64,000 nucleotides of DNA from an uncultured Gammaproteobacteria bacterium (GCA_963764725.1 CAVXTM010000015.1:128001-192000), one strand, 5' to 3'; positions 20,523-30,159 are shown, counted from the stretch's first letter. A program made the numbers and translations. The notes: a model not told the origin generated them from the letters alone.

Positions 20523-21182
20523 TCATCGCTTGACGATTCTTACCCGCGCCGGCGCCCGGCTGAATGAGGACTTTGACGACGCCAGTGTCTCGGCGATCAC
20601 GACTTTGGTGCCCACACCCACGTACTTTCGCAAGGTATCGATCTGCTCATTGGTCAGCGCGATACATCCTTGCGTCCAGTTGGTGTTTTGGTGTATGTCG
20701 AATTTTTGCGGGCTGAAAACACCGATACCATGAATTCCGATCGCGCCCCCGAGCGGCGTGTCTTGTGGCGGGACCTTGTGGTATTTCTGTGCCGAGACAA
20801 TGCGATCGAAGTCGTACTCCGAGAGCATCCTGCCGCGAAGCCCATAGAATGCGTCTTTGACATTGGGATAATTCAACTGCAAGAAGGTGTGGAATCGGCT
20901 ACTGGGCTTAATTTTTATAACGCGATAAGTACCCACCGGGGTTCTGTGATCTCCTCGGTAGTGCTTGTCGCCCGGCCCGCCGCGCCCAGAGGCCATCCGG
21001 AAGACTTTTTCGATCTTGATGCCTCTTTTCAAGAGCAACATGCGCTCGGATTTGATGATTTCTAGTTCGTAATCGTGATGGCTTGCATTAACTGCCCAGC
21101 TTCCCCGGATCGCAGCACCGGCCATTATGAGCGCGAGACAAATCGTCCTCGCGATGGAACCGATTTGGCGTTGTGTCATCAT
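20523..21182 (-). CDS. L,D-transpeptidase (YkuD) family protein
   Basis: GDHRTPVGTY, LNYPN, IGIHG...WTQGCIAL; start uncertain. Confidence 0.88.
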   Translation of the reverse strand: MMTQRQIGSIARTICLALIMAGAAIRGSWAVNASHHDYELEIIKSERMLLLKRGIKIEKVFRMASGRGGPGDKHYRGDHRTPVGTYRVIKIKPSSRFHTFLQLNYPNVKDAFYGLRGRMLSEYDFDRIVSAQKYHKVPPQDTPLGGAIGIHGIGVFSPQKFDIHQNTNWTQGCIALTNEQIDTLRKYVGVGTKVVIAETLASSKSSFSRAPARVRIVKR

Positions 21183-21449
21183 CTTCCCCTTGTTTCGCGG
21201 TGTTCCCGCGAGCATATGGTCGCCCAACCTAAATGATTTAACAATCATTCTACTATGGTATGAATCGAATAACGAGGTTTAAGCAAGGTATATTCTTCCG
21301 CAACCACGATGACCCGTGCCGATACCTTGTTTCGTATACCCGCCACTCAAATGTTTCTGCAAACGTCATACCCTTTAGGCCCTCGCGCAGAGCTTTGCGG
21401 CCAAGCACAGAACACCGATCCGCTGCTGACGTGTTACTGGAGTCGAATT

Positions 21450-21986
21450 ATGAGCGAACTACGACCGTCTGAGAAATATAGTTTACCCGCTGTCCTGCTG
21501 CATTGGGCTATCGCGGTCCTTATCGTCGTCCAGTTTGGTTTAGGTTGGATCATGGAAGAACTGCCCAAGGGACCGGAGAAAACAAGCTATTTCGCGCTCC
21601 ACAAATCACTCGGAATAACGATATTTTTCCTGGCGGTGCTGCGTTTGGGATGGAGAGTCGGCCACCGCCCGCCGATGCTGCCGTCTTCCATGACGCCGTG
21701 GGAGCGATCCGTCGCCAGCGCGACCCATGCGCTTCTCTATGTGTTGGTATTTCTGCAACCGCTCAGCGGTTATCTCTCGTCATCGTTTAGCGGTTACACA
21801 ACAAGCTTTTTCGGCTGGCCGTTACCCCATTGGGGCTGGAAAGACCTCGTGCTCAACGATTTCTTCTCCGGGGTACACGAGGCGAATGCGCTGCTGCTGC
21901 TGGTGGTGGTCCTCACGCATATCGCGGGTGCGCTGCGGCACGCGCTGCGGCCCGGCGATCGGGTTTTCCGCCGTATGCTGCCGTGA
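21450..21986 (+). CDS. Cytochrome b561 family protein
   Basis: LLHW, LHKSLG, HALLY, HIAGALRH; four TM helices. Confidence 0.9.
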   Translation: MSELRPSEKYSLPAVLLHWAIAVLIVVQFGLGWIMEELPKGPEKTSYFALHKSLGITIFFLAVLRLGWRVGHRPPMLPSSMTPWERSVASATHALLYVLVFLQPLSGYLSSSFSGYTTSFFGWPLPHWGWKDLVLNDFFSGVHEANALLLLVVVLTHIAGALRHALRPGDRVFRRMLP

Positions 21987-22005
21987 GAGGTGTGCTCTGA
22001 GGCGT

Positions 22006-22812
22006 CTAATGACTCTTGCGGTGAGTGAGCATGCGCGCCAGTGTCTCGAACACCGGTGCCTGCGAGAACCGGTGGCAAGCGATGCTCAGGGCCAGGGCCG
22101 AAAAACCCACCAGCACCAGCAGATCTTGATAGAGGGCAAATTCCGCACCGAAGGGGGGGCCCGCCCGCGCCGCGAGCGCATGCTTCATCAAATCGACCCC
22201 GTAGCTGAAAGGATTTATTAATACCAGCGCTTTTAGCACGCCGGGCAACTGTCCGATCGGATAGAGGGCACCGCTGAGAAAGTACATCGGAAAGATAAAG
22301 AAGTTCATCACTACTGCGAAGTCATCCAAGGCTTTGCTGAACACCGCGATGAGAGTGCCGACGCTCGCACACAGGAGCGCCGTGCATATCAATCCGCTCA
22401 CGAGGAGTCCAACGTTTTGCATGTCAGCGAGGTAGCCAAAAGGTAATAAGATCAGCATCAGCATGAGGGCTTGGGTAAGTCCCACCATTGTCGCGCTGGC
22501 GGTCCGCGCGAGGATAATGACGTAACGCGGGAAGGGTGCCACGATCAACATGCGCATCACCCCGGACTCCTTGTCATAGACCATGGACAGGGAGGCGAGC
22601 AAGGCCCCGAACAGCATCACCATAGACAGCAGACCCGGGACCAGAAACTGGCGATAGTTGGGCGTTCCGGCACCGCTCAGAAGGGCGTCAAAACCCGAGC
22701 CAATCACGAACAACCAGATGAGGGGCCGCACCATGGCGCTTACGAGCCGCCCGCGTTGGCGCACCATGCGCGTGAGATCGCGCATTATCATGGCTTTGAT
22801 GGCGCGCCACAT
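22006..22812 (-). CDS. ABC-2 permease (PedC-like, PQQ alcohol dehydrogenase-associated type)
   Basis: QRGRLVSAMVRPLIWLF, SLSMVYD, FLSGALYP, NPFSYGV. Confidence 0.8.
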   Translation of the reverse strand: MWRAIKAMIMRDLTRMVRQRGRLVSAMVRPLIWLFVIGSGFDALLSGAGTPNYRQFLVPGLLSMVMLFGALLASLSMVYDKESGVMRMLIVAPFPRYVIILARTASATMVGLTQALMLMLILLPFGYLADMQNVGLLVSGLICTALLCASVGTLIAVFSKALDDFAVVMNFFIFPMYFLSGALYPIGQLPGVLKALVLINPFSYGVDLMKHALAARAGPPFGAEFALYQDLLVLVGFSALALSIACHRFSQAPVFETLARMLTHRKSH

Positions 22813-22813
22813 T

Positions 22814-23725
22814 TTAAGCTCCCGGGCGGTTAAGCCAAAGATAGACGTCGTTGAGATCCGCGCGCCGAAGGTGGATCCCGCGCGTGATATGTTTGAGGTG
22901 AGAGGGGAGATGGGACAGCGCGAAGTCCGGATCCAGGATGCGAAACTGTAAGCGCCCCTCCTCGGCCAAGGGTTCGCCGAATTGGGGAGTTAATTCCTGG
23001 GCGGACAAGGCGGGGGTTTCGGTCTCAACCTCCAGGATAAAAGACGCGACGCCGCTGACCAGAGCGGCGGGACGACCCTGCCCGATCGTTTTGCCGCCTT
23101 TCATGAATACAACCTCGTCGCATCCCTCAACCTCATCCATGTAGTGTGTGCTGAGCATCAGGGTCGAGCCTTCTTCGGTGCGCAAACGGTGGAGAAAGCG
23201 CCAGATCGCGCGGCGGTTGATGATATCGAGGCCAATGGTAGGCTCATCCAGAAACAGGATCGGCGGGCGGTGCAAGACCGCGCGCGCGATATCGAGAGCG
23301 CGCCGCATGCCGCCGGAGAGAGTGGACACCGGTGCGTGACGTTTCTCCCTCAGATCGAATAGCTTCAGCAGCTCTTCGCCGCGCTGGCGCGCAATCCGCG
23401 GCGCGAGACCCGCCAGCGCCGCGGCGAAGTGCAGGTTTTCGACTGCCGTAAGCGTACGGTCCAGCGCGGATTCTTGAAACACTACTCCGATCGCCCGGCG
23501 CACCGCGACGGGCTGGCGAACAACCTCATAACCGCCAACCCACGCTTGACCCGCGCTCGGCCGCGCCAGCGTGCTCAGCATGTGCAGGGTGGTGGTTTTC
23601 CCGGAACCGTTGCGCCCCAGGAGCCCGAAGAACGACCCTTGCGCAATGGCCAGATCCAGCGCATCGACGGCTAGCAAACGCCCATAGGACTTGCTTAGAC
23701 TGTGGGTTTCGATGGCAAGGGGCAT
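22814..23725 (-). CDS. ABC transporter ATP-binding protein
   Basis: GRNGSGKTT, LSGGMRR, LDEPT; start reassigned to MPLAIET. Confidence 0.92.
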   Translation of the reverse strand: MPLAIETHSLSKSYGRLLAVDALDLAIAQGSFFGLLGRNGSGKTTTLHMLSTLARPSAGQAWVGGYEVVRQPVAVRRAIGVVFQESALDRTLTAVENLHFAAALAGLAPRIARQRGEELLKLFDLREKRHAPVSTLSGGMRRALDIARAVLHRPPILFLDEPTIGLDIINRRAIWRFLHRLRTEEGSTLMLSTHYMDEVEGCDEVVFMKGGKTIGQGRPAALVSGVASFILEVETETPALSAQELTPQFGEPLAEEGRLQFRILDPDFALSHLPSHLKHITRGIHLRRADLNDVYLWLNRPGA

Positions 23726-23747
23726 TCGGCATCTATGGTGGTCGTGC

Positions 23748-23778
23748 AAAAAAACTAAGGGACCCGAAGGTCCCCTAG
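23748..23778 (-). terminator. Rho-independent terminator after pqqA
   Basis: Minus strand CTAGGGGACC-TTCG-GGTCCCTTAG followed by T7. Confidence 0.85.
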
Positions 23779-23804
23779 TGATTGACACGTCGTTGCCGAT
23801 CCCT

Positions 23805-23879
23805 CTAGCGATTGTAAATGTACATCGTCACTTCAAAACCGAAACGAAGGTCGACGAAATCAGGTGTTTCCCAGGTCAT
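23805..23879 (-). CDS. pqqA: PQQ precursor peptide PqqA
   Basis: MTWETPDFVDLRFGFEVTMYIYNR (24 aa) with ExxxY motif; GAGGAGG RBS; missed by the ORF track. Confidence 0.93.
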   Translation of the reverse strand: MTWETPDFVDLRFGFEVTMYIYNR

Positions 23880-23930
23880 TTGTCCTCCTCGCTGTTAGTG
23901 AATAATGCCACCAGTGATGCTAAATTCTAC

Positions 23931-23945
23931 TCATACTTTATGCCA
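23931..23945 (-). promoter_or_regulatory. Candidate sigma54 -24/-12 promoter for pqqA
   Basis: TGGCATAAAGTATGA: good -24 box, but GA instead of GC at -12. Confidence 0.35.
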
Positions 23946-24051
23946 ACGTTATGCACCCGGCGTTAGCCACTATAGATATCCAATAATTCAATTATATACG
24001 AATTGACCCAGCGGCATCAAGCCTGCAGACCGAACCCACGGCCGGAGTGCT

Positions 24052-24089
24052 TGGTTCAAATAAACCAGGGTCGTGGCTACTATTAACCT
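24052..24089. promoter_or_regulatory. Tandem palindromic candidate activator sites
   Basis: TGGTT-N6-AACCA (24052-24067) and TGGCT-N6-AACCT (24074-24089), 22 bp apart. Confidence 0.4.
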
Positions 24090-24107
24090 AACGGTGGGAT
24101 ATCACGC

Positions 24108-25565
24108 ATGCTACGATCGCTACGCGGGTTATTGTTGGCTTACGAGCTGGCCTTGCTGTTATTGGTCATCGTCACCGGCGCGTTGGGCGGACTGTCGGTG
24201 TATTTTTGGCGCGAGGCATCCACGGAATCCTTGCGCCTGAGCCGCTTGACTCACATCATGCATCACGTCCGGAGCGATTTGTTTCGGCAGATCCGCGAAG
24301 TGACCCGCGCGCGGCTCATGGAGGAAGCCGCAGCTCTTGCCTTGTACTCGCGTTACTCACGGCGCATCGACGATAGATTCGATGCCTTGCGCCAGCAGAG
24401 CGCCTCGCGCGCTGAAGCGCTGGCTATCCAGGAGATGCAACGTGCCTACCGGGTGATCCAACAGGACATGAATAACATCTTCGGTGATCCGTATGCCGCG
24501 AGCCAGTTGGGACGTCTGCGGATCCTTGAGTCGGATCATGAAGAACAGCTCGTCGACGGCTTTGAAACCACTTTCCGTGCCTTTGATAAGCTATTAACCA
24601 GCGAACATGCGGTCTTGGATCGCCGCGTTGGCGAGTGGGTGCGGCTGACGCCGGTGCTGATGCCGCTTCCCATCCTGCTGGCCGCGGCCCTGGTCTTGTT
24701 ATCGCGCTTGAGCCTGCAACACCGATTCGTCTCGCCGATGGCGCGTCTCATCGAAGGGTCGCGGCTGCTGAGCGCTGGCGCCCTCGACCACAAGCTTTCG
24801 GCGGCCGGGGTGGAGGAGGTGCAACAACTTGCTCTGGCGATCAACCACATGGCGGCGGAGCTGGTCACGAGCCGGGATGCGCTCGTCGAGCGACAGCGCC
24901 AGGCGGCGTTGGGGGCCCTCGTGCCCGTGATCGCGCACAATATTAGAAACCCGCTCGCAAGTATCCGCGCGAGTGCGCAATTACTGGATTGCGTTGAAAT
25001 GCGCGAGGAGATCCAGGATGTTAAGCGGGCGGTCATAGAGACGGTCGATCGTCTCGGCCGTTGGGTCACCGCGCTCGTATCGTATCTGCATCCGCATAAG
25101 CTCAACCGGACCCGTGCGCGTCCGAGCCGCATGCTCGCGACGGCGCTGGGTCTGTTGGCGGCCAGGATCGCCGACAAGAGATTGCGGCTCGATGAACGCT
25201 ACCCCGCCGATGAGCCCGAGGTGTGGGCCGATGCCGATCTGATGGAACAGGTCTTATTCGGGCTCCTGTCCAACGCCGTCGATGCCTCACCCGTGGGAGG
25301 CCGCTTAGCGGTGGCGACGCAGGGCAAGAGAAACTGCTGTGTCTTGAACATCGATGACGAAGGACCGGGTATGCCCTTCGACCCGGAGGCGGACGGTTTG
25401 ACGCCCGGACCCTCGACCAAGCACTATGGAACCGGGCTTGGGATCCCGTTTGCCCTCAAGGTATGCAACGCCCACGGGTGGAAGCTTGCCTTCAGCAGCA
25501 ATCCGGCAGGTGGGACCCGGGTCACGATCGAAGCGCCTTTAGGCGGGAGTGGTTCAATCGTATGA
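24108..25565 (+). CDS. HAMP-domain sensor histidine kinase
   Basis: Two TMs, HAMP, IAHNIRNPL, NAVDAS, DEGPG, GTGLG. Confidence 0.92.
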   Translation: MLRSLRGLLLAYELALLLLVIVTGALGGLSVYFWREASTESLRLSRLTHIMHHVRSDLFRQIREVTRARLMEEAAALALYSRYSRRIDDRFDALRQQSASRAEALAIQEMQRAYRVIQQDMNNIFGDPYAASQLGRLRILESDHEEQLVDGFETTFRAFDKLLTSEHAVLDRRVGEWVRLTPVLMPLPILLAAALVLLSRLSLQHRFVSPMARLIEGSRLLSAGALDHKLSAAGVEEVQQLALAINHMAAELVTSRDALVERQRQAALGALVPVIAHNIRNPLASIRASAQLLDCVEMREEIQDVKRAVIETVDRLGRWVTALVSYLHPHKLNRTRARPSRMLATALGLLAARIADKRLRLDERYPADEPEVWADADLMEQVLFGLLSNAVDASPVGGRLAVATQGKRNCCVLNIDDEGPGMPFDPEADGLTPGPSTKHYGTGLGIPFALKVCNAHGWKLAFSSNPAGGTRVTIEAPLGGSGSIV

Positions 25566-26986
25566 GCGAAGGGCTGAGCCAAACGCGGGAACCCGATGCG
25601 CCGCCGGCGCCGGTACGAGTGCTGATCGTGGATGACGAAACCTTGTTCGCTCGGGCTGTCGAGAAACGCTTAGCCAAGGAGGGTTATGCGCCGGTGGTTG
25701 CCGGGACCCTCGGGAAGGCGCGGCACCTGTTGCAAACCGCGGATCCGCAGATCATCTTGCTCGATGTGCGCCTGCCGGATGGGTCGGGTCTGGATTTCTT
25801 GAGCGAGTTGCGCCAGCACAAAGCGCCGGAGCTGCCGGTGGTGGTATTGTCCGCCTACGGGGAGATTGAAGACGCGGTGGCCGCGATGAAGTTGAGGGCC
25901 TCGGACTATCTCAAGAAACCGCTCGATCTGGATGAACTGTTGATCACCCTGGACAAAGTCTTGGGAGACTCTCAACTCGCCCGCGCACTGGAGTATTCAC
26001 GCGCCCGAGAACACCATGCCCGCGAAGAGGTATGTTTACTCGGGCAACATCCGGCGATCGTGAAGATCCGCGGGCAGGTTGAGCGGCTGGGGGCGCTGTG
26101 CGCCACGGCAGCGGCGATCCCGCCGACGATCCTGATTCTAGGCGAGACCGGAACCGGCAAGGATCTGGTGGCGCGCCTGCTGCACAGCACCAGCGCAAGG
26201 CGCGAGCGACCGTTCGTACACGTCGATTGCGCCGCTTTGCCGAAGGATCTTTTCGAAGCGGAGCTTTTCGGACATGAAAAAGGAGCGTTCACGACCGCCC
26301 TTACCGCGAGGACCGGGCTCATCGAGGCGGCCGAAGATGGGGTCGTGTTCCTGGATGAGATCGGCGAGCTTCCCGTCGATCTGCAATCCAAATTGCTTGC
26401 CGTGCTTGAACGGCGCAGCACCCGGAGGATCGGCAGTACGCGCGAGCGGACCGTATCGGCATGGTTTATCGCGGCTACCAACCGCGATCCTGAGCAAATG
26501 ATGGCAGCCGGAGCGCTACGCAATGATCTCTATTACCGGCTTAACGTTCTGTCGATCTACGTGCCGCCGTTACGGGCGCGCGCTGATGACGCCGTCGCGC
26601 TGGCCGATCATTTCGCGCGGCAAGTCGCCAAGCGCTACGGGCTGCCCGCACCGACGATCACTGTCCCGGCCGGCAGCCTGTTGCGGGCCTACTCCTGGCC
26701 GGGCAATATTCGCGAGCTCAAACACCTCATCGAACGGGTGGTGCTCTTGACCGGCGGAGGTACCGTGAACGCCGAGGATCTCATGCTGCCGGGGCTTTCC
26801 GGGGAGCGAGGCCGGGAGCGGAGCACCGCGATCGAGGGCCTGACATTAGCCGCGGCCGAACGGCTCCTCATTGAGCAAGCGCTCAGCCGCACGGGTAACA
26901 ATGTCTCCGAGACCGCCCGTCAATTGGGCGTCACGCGTATGGCCATCCGGTATCGGATGAAAAAATATGGTTTTCTGGACGCGTAG
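25562..26986 (+). CDS. Sigma54-dependent (NtrC/AtoC-family) response regulator
   Basis: Receiver domain, GETGTGK, ELFGHEKGAFTTA, FLDEIGE, WPGNIREL, Fis HTH; start reassigned to ATG 25562. Confidence 0.93.
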   Translation: MSEGLSQTREPDAPPAPVRVLIVDDETLFARAVEKRLAKEGYAPVVAGTLGKARHLLQTADPQIILLDVRLPDGSGLDFLSELRQHKAPELPVVVLSAYGEIEDAVAAMKLRASDYLKKPLDLDELLITLDKVLGDSQLARALEYSRAREHHAREEVCLLGQHPAIVKIRGQVERLGALCATAAAIPPTILILGETGTGKDLVARLLHSTSARRERPFVHVDCAALPKDLFEAELFGHEKGAFTTALTARTGLIEAAEDGVVFLDEIGELPVDLQSKLLAVLERRSTRRIGSTRERTVSAWFIAATNRDPEQMMAAGALRNDLYYRLNVLSIYVPPLRARADDAVALADHFARQVAKRYGLPAPTITVPAGSLLRAYSWPGNIRELKHLIERVVLLTGGGTVNAEDLMLPGLSGERGRERSTAIEGLTLAAAERLLIEQALSRTGNNVSETARQLGVTRMAIRYRMKKYGFLDA

Positions 26987-27034
26987 CAGGCCGCCAATCT
27001 GCGCTATAATTCGTTTACAGGTAAGGGGGCCAAG

Positions 27035-27337
27035 ATGGACAAGACAATGCGCACTGATCTTGAGGCCGCGGTTTTTCGCCGGCTTTTGGATCATTTCCGT
27101 GCGCATACCGAGGTGCAAAATATCGATCTGATGAACCTAGCCGGTTTCTGCCGCAACTGTTTATCGAAGTGGTACCGTGAGGCTGGGCAGGAACGCGGCA
27201 TCGAAATCAGCGATGAAGCGGCGCGGGAAATCATCTACGGGATGCCGTATCGCGACTGGAAGGCCAAGCATCAAAAAGAAGCGGCGCCCGAGAAGCTCGC
27301 CGCCTTCGAGCAGTCGCCGGCGAAGGACGACCATTAA
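27035..27337 (+). CDS. DUF1244 family protein
   Basis: LEAAVFRRL, QNIDLMNLAGFCRNCLSKWY, IYGMPY. Confidence 0.88.
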   Translation: MDKTMRTDLEAAVFRRLLDHFRAHTEVQNIDLMNLAGFCRNCLSKWYREAGQERGIEISDEAAREIIYGMPYRDWKAKHQKEAAPEKLAAFEQSPAKDDH

Positions 27338-27390
27338 AGGGCGGCCTCCGAACATCCGCCCCGCCGGCCGCCTTTTGCAGAGCTTCTTAG

Positions 27391-27603
27391 TCCTACTGTG
27401 TTACAAGGCGATCAAGGGATGGCATGCGAGAGGGAATCGGGCGAGACAAGATCGTCGGGACCGATTTTGAACAGCGAAGCTGGGCCAAAGGGCGAAGGGC
27501 AGGATGCCCGGAGTCAAGCGGAGTTTACACGGCAGTAAATGAGCATTTCGAGCCCGATGCCAACGAAGCAGGGCGTCCTTCAGCAGCTTGTAACACAGTA
27601 GGA
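27391..27603. mobile_element. MITE-like element (213 bp)
   Basis: Perfect 17-bp TIR TCCTACTGTGTTACAAG / CTTGTAACACAGTAGGA flanked by TTAG direct repeats (27387-27390, 27604-27607). Confidence 0.8.
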
Positions 27604-28515
27604 TTAGTACAGCGCCGAGGACATCAACGCGCGGTAGCGCCTTACCAAGGGGTCCTGCGCCCCGAGCAGGGTAAACACGTCCACGATGGCTTTGCGCGCA
27701 CCATCGTCGCGATACTTGCGGTCCCGGCGGATGATCTCCATCAGCTGCTCCAGAGCGGGCTCGAACTGGCCACCCATGATTAAACGGGCGCTGAGCTGAT
27801 ACCGTGCCTCGCAATCGCCGGGATCGGCATCGATAAGCTGCCGCAGCATCGCTTCCTCGGGCGCCGAGTGGGCCACGCGCGCGAAATCGATGCGGATCCT
27901 CAGTGCGCTGATGTCCTCGTCCAATTGGCGCTGGGCGGGGAGGTCCACGACGATTTCGTGAGCTTCTTCAATACGGCCCCGTTGGACGAGCACGCCGGCT
28001 AGATCCGGATGCAGGCGCTGGTTTTCCGGGTCAATCGCAAGCGCCTGCCGCAGTAACCGCTCGGCGGTATCGGCGTCGCCGCGCCCGAGGGCCGCCGCGG
28101 CCGCCGCGCGTTGGCGATCGGATTCGCGCTCGATGTGACGGTCCAACAGGTCGCGGATCACGCTTTCTGGCTGCACGCCCAAGAATTCGTCGATGACTTC
28201 TCCGTTTTTATAGAGCTTGACGGCGGGGATGGATTGTATGCGGTGTTCCAGCGCGAGGCGCTGATTTTTATCCGTATCAACCGTCGCAATTACGACCTGG
28301 CCCTGATACTCTTGTCCCAGCTTGGCCAGGATCGGGGAGAGGACGCGGCACGGTGCGCACCACGGTGCCCAAAAGTCCACGAGCACCGGAATGACCCGGG
28401 AGCGTTGTACCACCTGCGCGTCAAAATTATCTTGATCGACTTCAATCACGTTCACAGGATATCCATTGCGTGGTTCAGCGAGTTCGGGACGCTCCGGGTA
28501 TTTTATACTACGCAT
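27604..28515 (-). CDS. ybbN: Thioredoxin-TPR co-chaperone YbbN/CnoX
   Basis: VDFWAPWCAPC followed by TPRs and C-terminal YRALMSSALY; start uncertain. Confidence 0.9.
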   Translation of the reverse strand: MRSIKYPERPELAEPRNGYPVNVIEVDQDNFDAQVVQRSRVIPVLVDFWAPWCAPCRVLSPILAKLGQEYQGQVVIATVDTDKNQRLALEHRIQSIPAVKLYKNGEVIDEFLGVQPESVIRDLLDRHIERESDRQRAAAAAALGRGDADTAERLLRQALAIDPENQRLHPDLAGVLVQRGRIEEAHEIVVDLPAQRQLDEDISALRIRIDFARVAHSAPEEAMLRQLIDADPGDCEARYQLSARLIMGGQFEPALEQLMEIIRRDRKYRDDGARKAIVDVFTLLGAQDPLVRRYRALMSSALY

Positions 28516-28630
28516 GGCCACCCGGCGTAATCGCAAGACCGAGCCTTTCCGACCCAATGACGATGGAAACGTATCGGCACCGGAGGTACCGCGCTTTCCA
28601 ACTCCGACGGCTGCTTGTACCCTTAGCGCC

Positions 28631-29461
28631 ATGGAAATCAATGTGACCAAGATGCATGGGCTGGGCAACGACTTTGTGTTGGTCGATGGACTATCCTCGG
28701 GTATTTCACTATCACCGGAGCAGATCATGCGGATCGCCGATCGACGCTTGGGCGTAGGCTGCGATCAGGTGCTGCTGGTAGAGCGGCCTAAGCGTTCGGG
28801 GGTCGATGCCAATTACCGGATCTTTAACGCGGACGGCGGCGAGGCAGAGCAGTGCGGTAACGGATCGAGGTGTGTCGCGCGCTACTTGCGGAATACGGGT
28901 TGGGTGGATCGAGATGCCATGATCGTGGAGACGCTTGCGGGGACCATTCGTCTTTATTGCCAAAACGATGGGCAAGTCCAGGTCGATATGGGGGCGCCCC
29001 GCCTGGCACCCGCGGAGATCCCGCTGCTCGCGGAGAGCGAGGCCGACACCTATGAAATTGAGGTCAACGGCGGCCGGGTGAGCGTGGCCGCGGTCTCGAT
29101 GGGAAATCCCCATGCGGTGCTCCGCGTCCCGGACACCGACCGGGCGCCGGTCGGCGAGCTCGGCCCACTGATCGGTAAGCATTGGAGATTTCCGCAAGGC
29201 GCCAATGTCGGTTTCATGCAGGTCATCGACGCGGGCCATATTCGCCTGCGAGTCTTCGAGCGCGGCGCCGGTGAAACGCCCGCTTGCGGCACCGGGGCGT
29301 GTGCCGCCATGGTCGCGGGGAGGCGGCTCGGTCTATTGGATCCCGAGGTGAACGTGGTATTACCCGGCGGGCAGTTGACGCTTCGGTGGCAGGGCGCTGG
29401 GCAGGGGGTGTGGATGACTGGACCCGCGACGAAGGTTTTCGATGCACGCATGACCTTATGA
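28631..29461 (+). CDS. dapF: Diaminopimelate epimerase
   Basis: KMHGLGNDF, EQCGNG, SMGNPH, ERGAGETPACGTG. Confidence 0.97.
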   Translation: MEINVTKMHGLGNDFVLVDGLSSGISLSPEQIMRIADRRLGVGCDQVLLVERPKRSGVDANYRIFNADGGEAEQCGNGSRCVARYLRNTGWVDRDAMIVETLAGTIRLYCQNDGQVQVDMGAPRLAPAEIPLLAESEADTYEIEVNGGRVSVAAVSMGNPHAVLRVPDTDRAPVGELGPLIGKHWRFPQGANVGFMQVIDAGHIRLRVFERGAGETPACGTGACAAMVAGRRLGLLDPEVNVVLPGGQLTLRWQGAGQGVWMTGPATKVFDARMTL

Positions 29462-30159
29462 CGAGCAAAGACCCGTTCCGGATCGGAGAGGGCGGTGATG
29501 CCGAGGGTGTGGTCGCTGCTTACCTGAAAGCGCATCCACAGTTTTTCGTCGAGCATCCGGCTGTCTTGGCCGAGATCGCCGTGCCCCATGTAACGGGCGA
29601 GGCGGTGTCGCTGGTCGAGCGCCAGGTGGCCGCCTTACGCGAACAGTACCGGCGGCTTGAGAGTAAATACCGTGAGCTTTTAACGATTGCGGCGGAGAAC
29701 GACGATCTGCGGCGGCGTTTGCATCACCTGACGATCAAGCTCCTTGGCAGCAACAATATCAAGGCAACGATCGCTACGCTCTATCGAGCCTTGATGGAGG
29801 ATTTTCGGGCTGATTTTGTGGCGCTCAAAGTGTTCGCGGCGCCGCGGCCGGCCAGCGAACCGGTGCCGGAGTTCCTTGGCCATGAGGCCGCCGAACGGGA
29901 CGTGTTCGCCGCGCTGATCGCCGGAATGCACCCGCTATGCGGAGGGCTCGAACCCTCGCAACGAGATGCCTTGTTCGGCGCCGCGTGGGGAGAGAAGGGT
30001 TCCGCCGTTCTGCTGCCGCTCGCGCGCCGCCGGTGGAGCGGGGTGCTCGGCGTTGGCAGCTTCGATCCGCGCCGCTACGATTCCGGCATGGGGGTCGATT
30101 TTCTCACCCAGCTTGCCGAGGTGGTGAGCCAGATCATCGATCCTTGGATAGCGGACTGA
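29458..30159 (+). CDS. DUF484 (YigA) family protein
   Basis: YLKAHPQFF, AVSLVERQ, GMGVDFL; lies between dapF and xerC. Confidence 0.88.
   Translation: MTSKDPFRIGEGGDAEGVVAAYLKAHPQFFVEHPAVLAEIAVPHVTGEAVSLVERQVAALREQYRRLESKYRELLTIAAENDDLRRRLHHLTIKLLGSNNIKATIATLYRALMEDFRADFVALKVFAAPRPASEPVPEFLGHEAAERDVFAALIAGMHPLCGGLEPSQRDALFGAAWGEKGSAVLLPLARRRWSGVLGVGSFDPRRYDSGMGVDFLTQLAEVVSQIIDPWIAD

Noticed and set aside
23726-23788. N-terminal extension of the ABC ATPase in the ORF track
   Set aside because: It runs through the pqqA terminator; the ATG at 23725 fits the family start.
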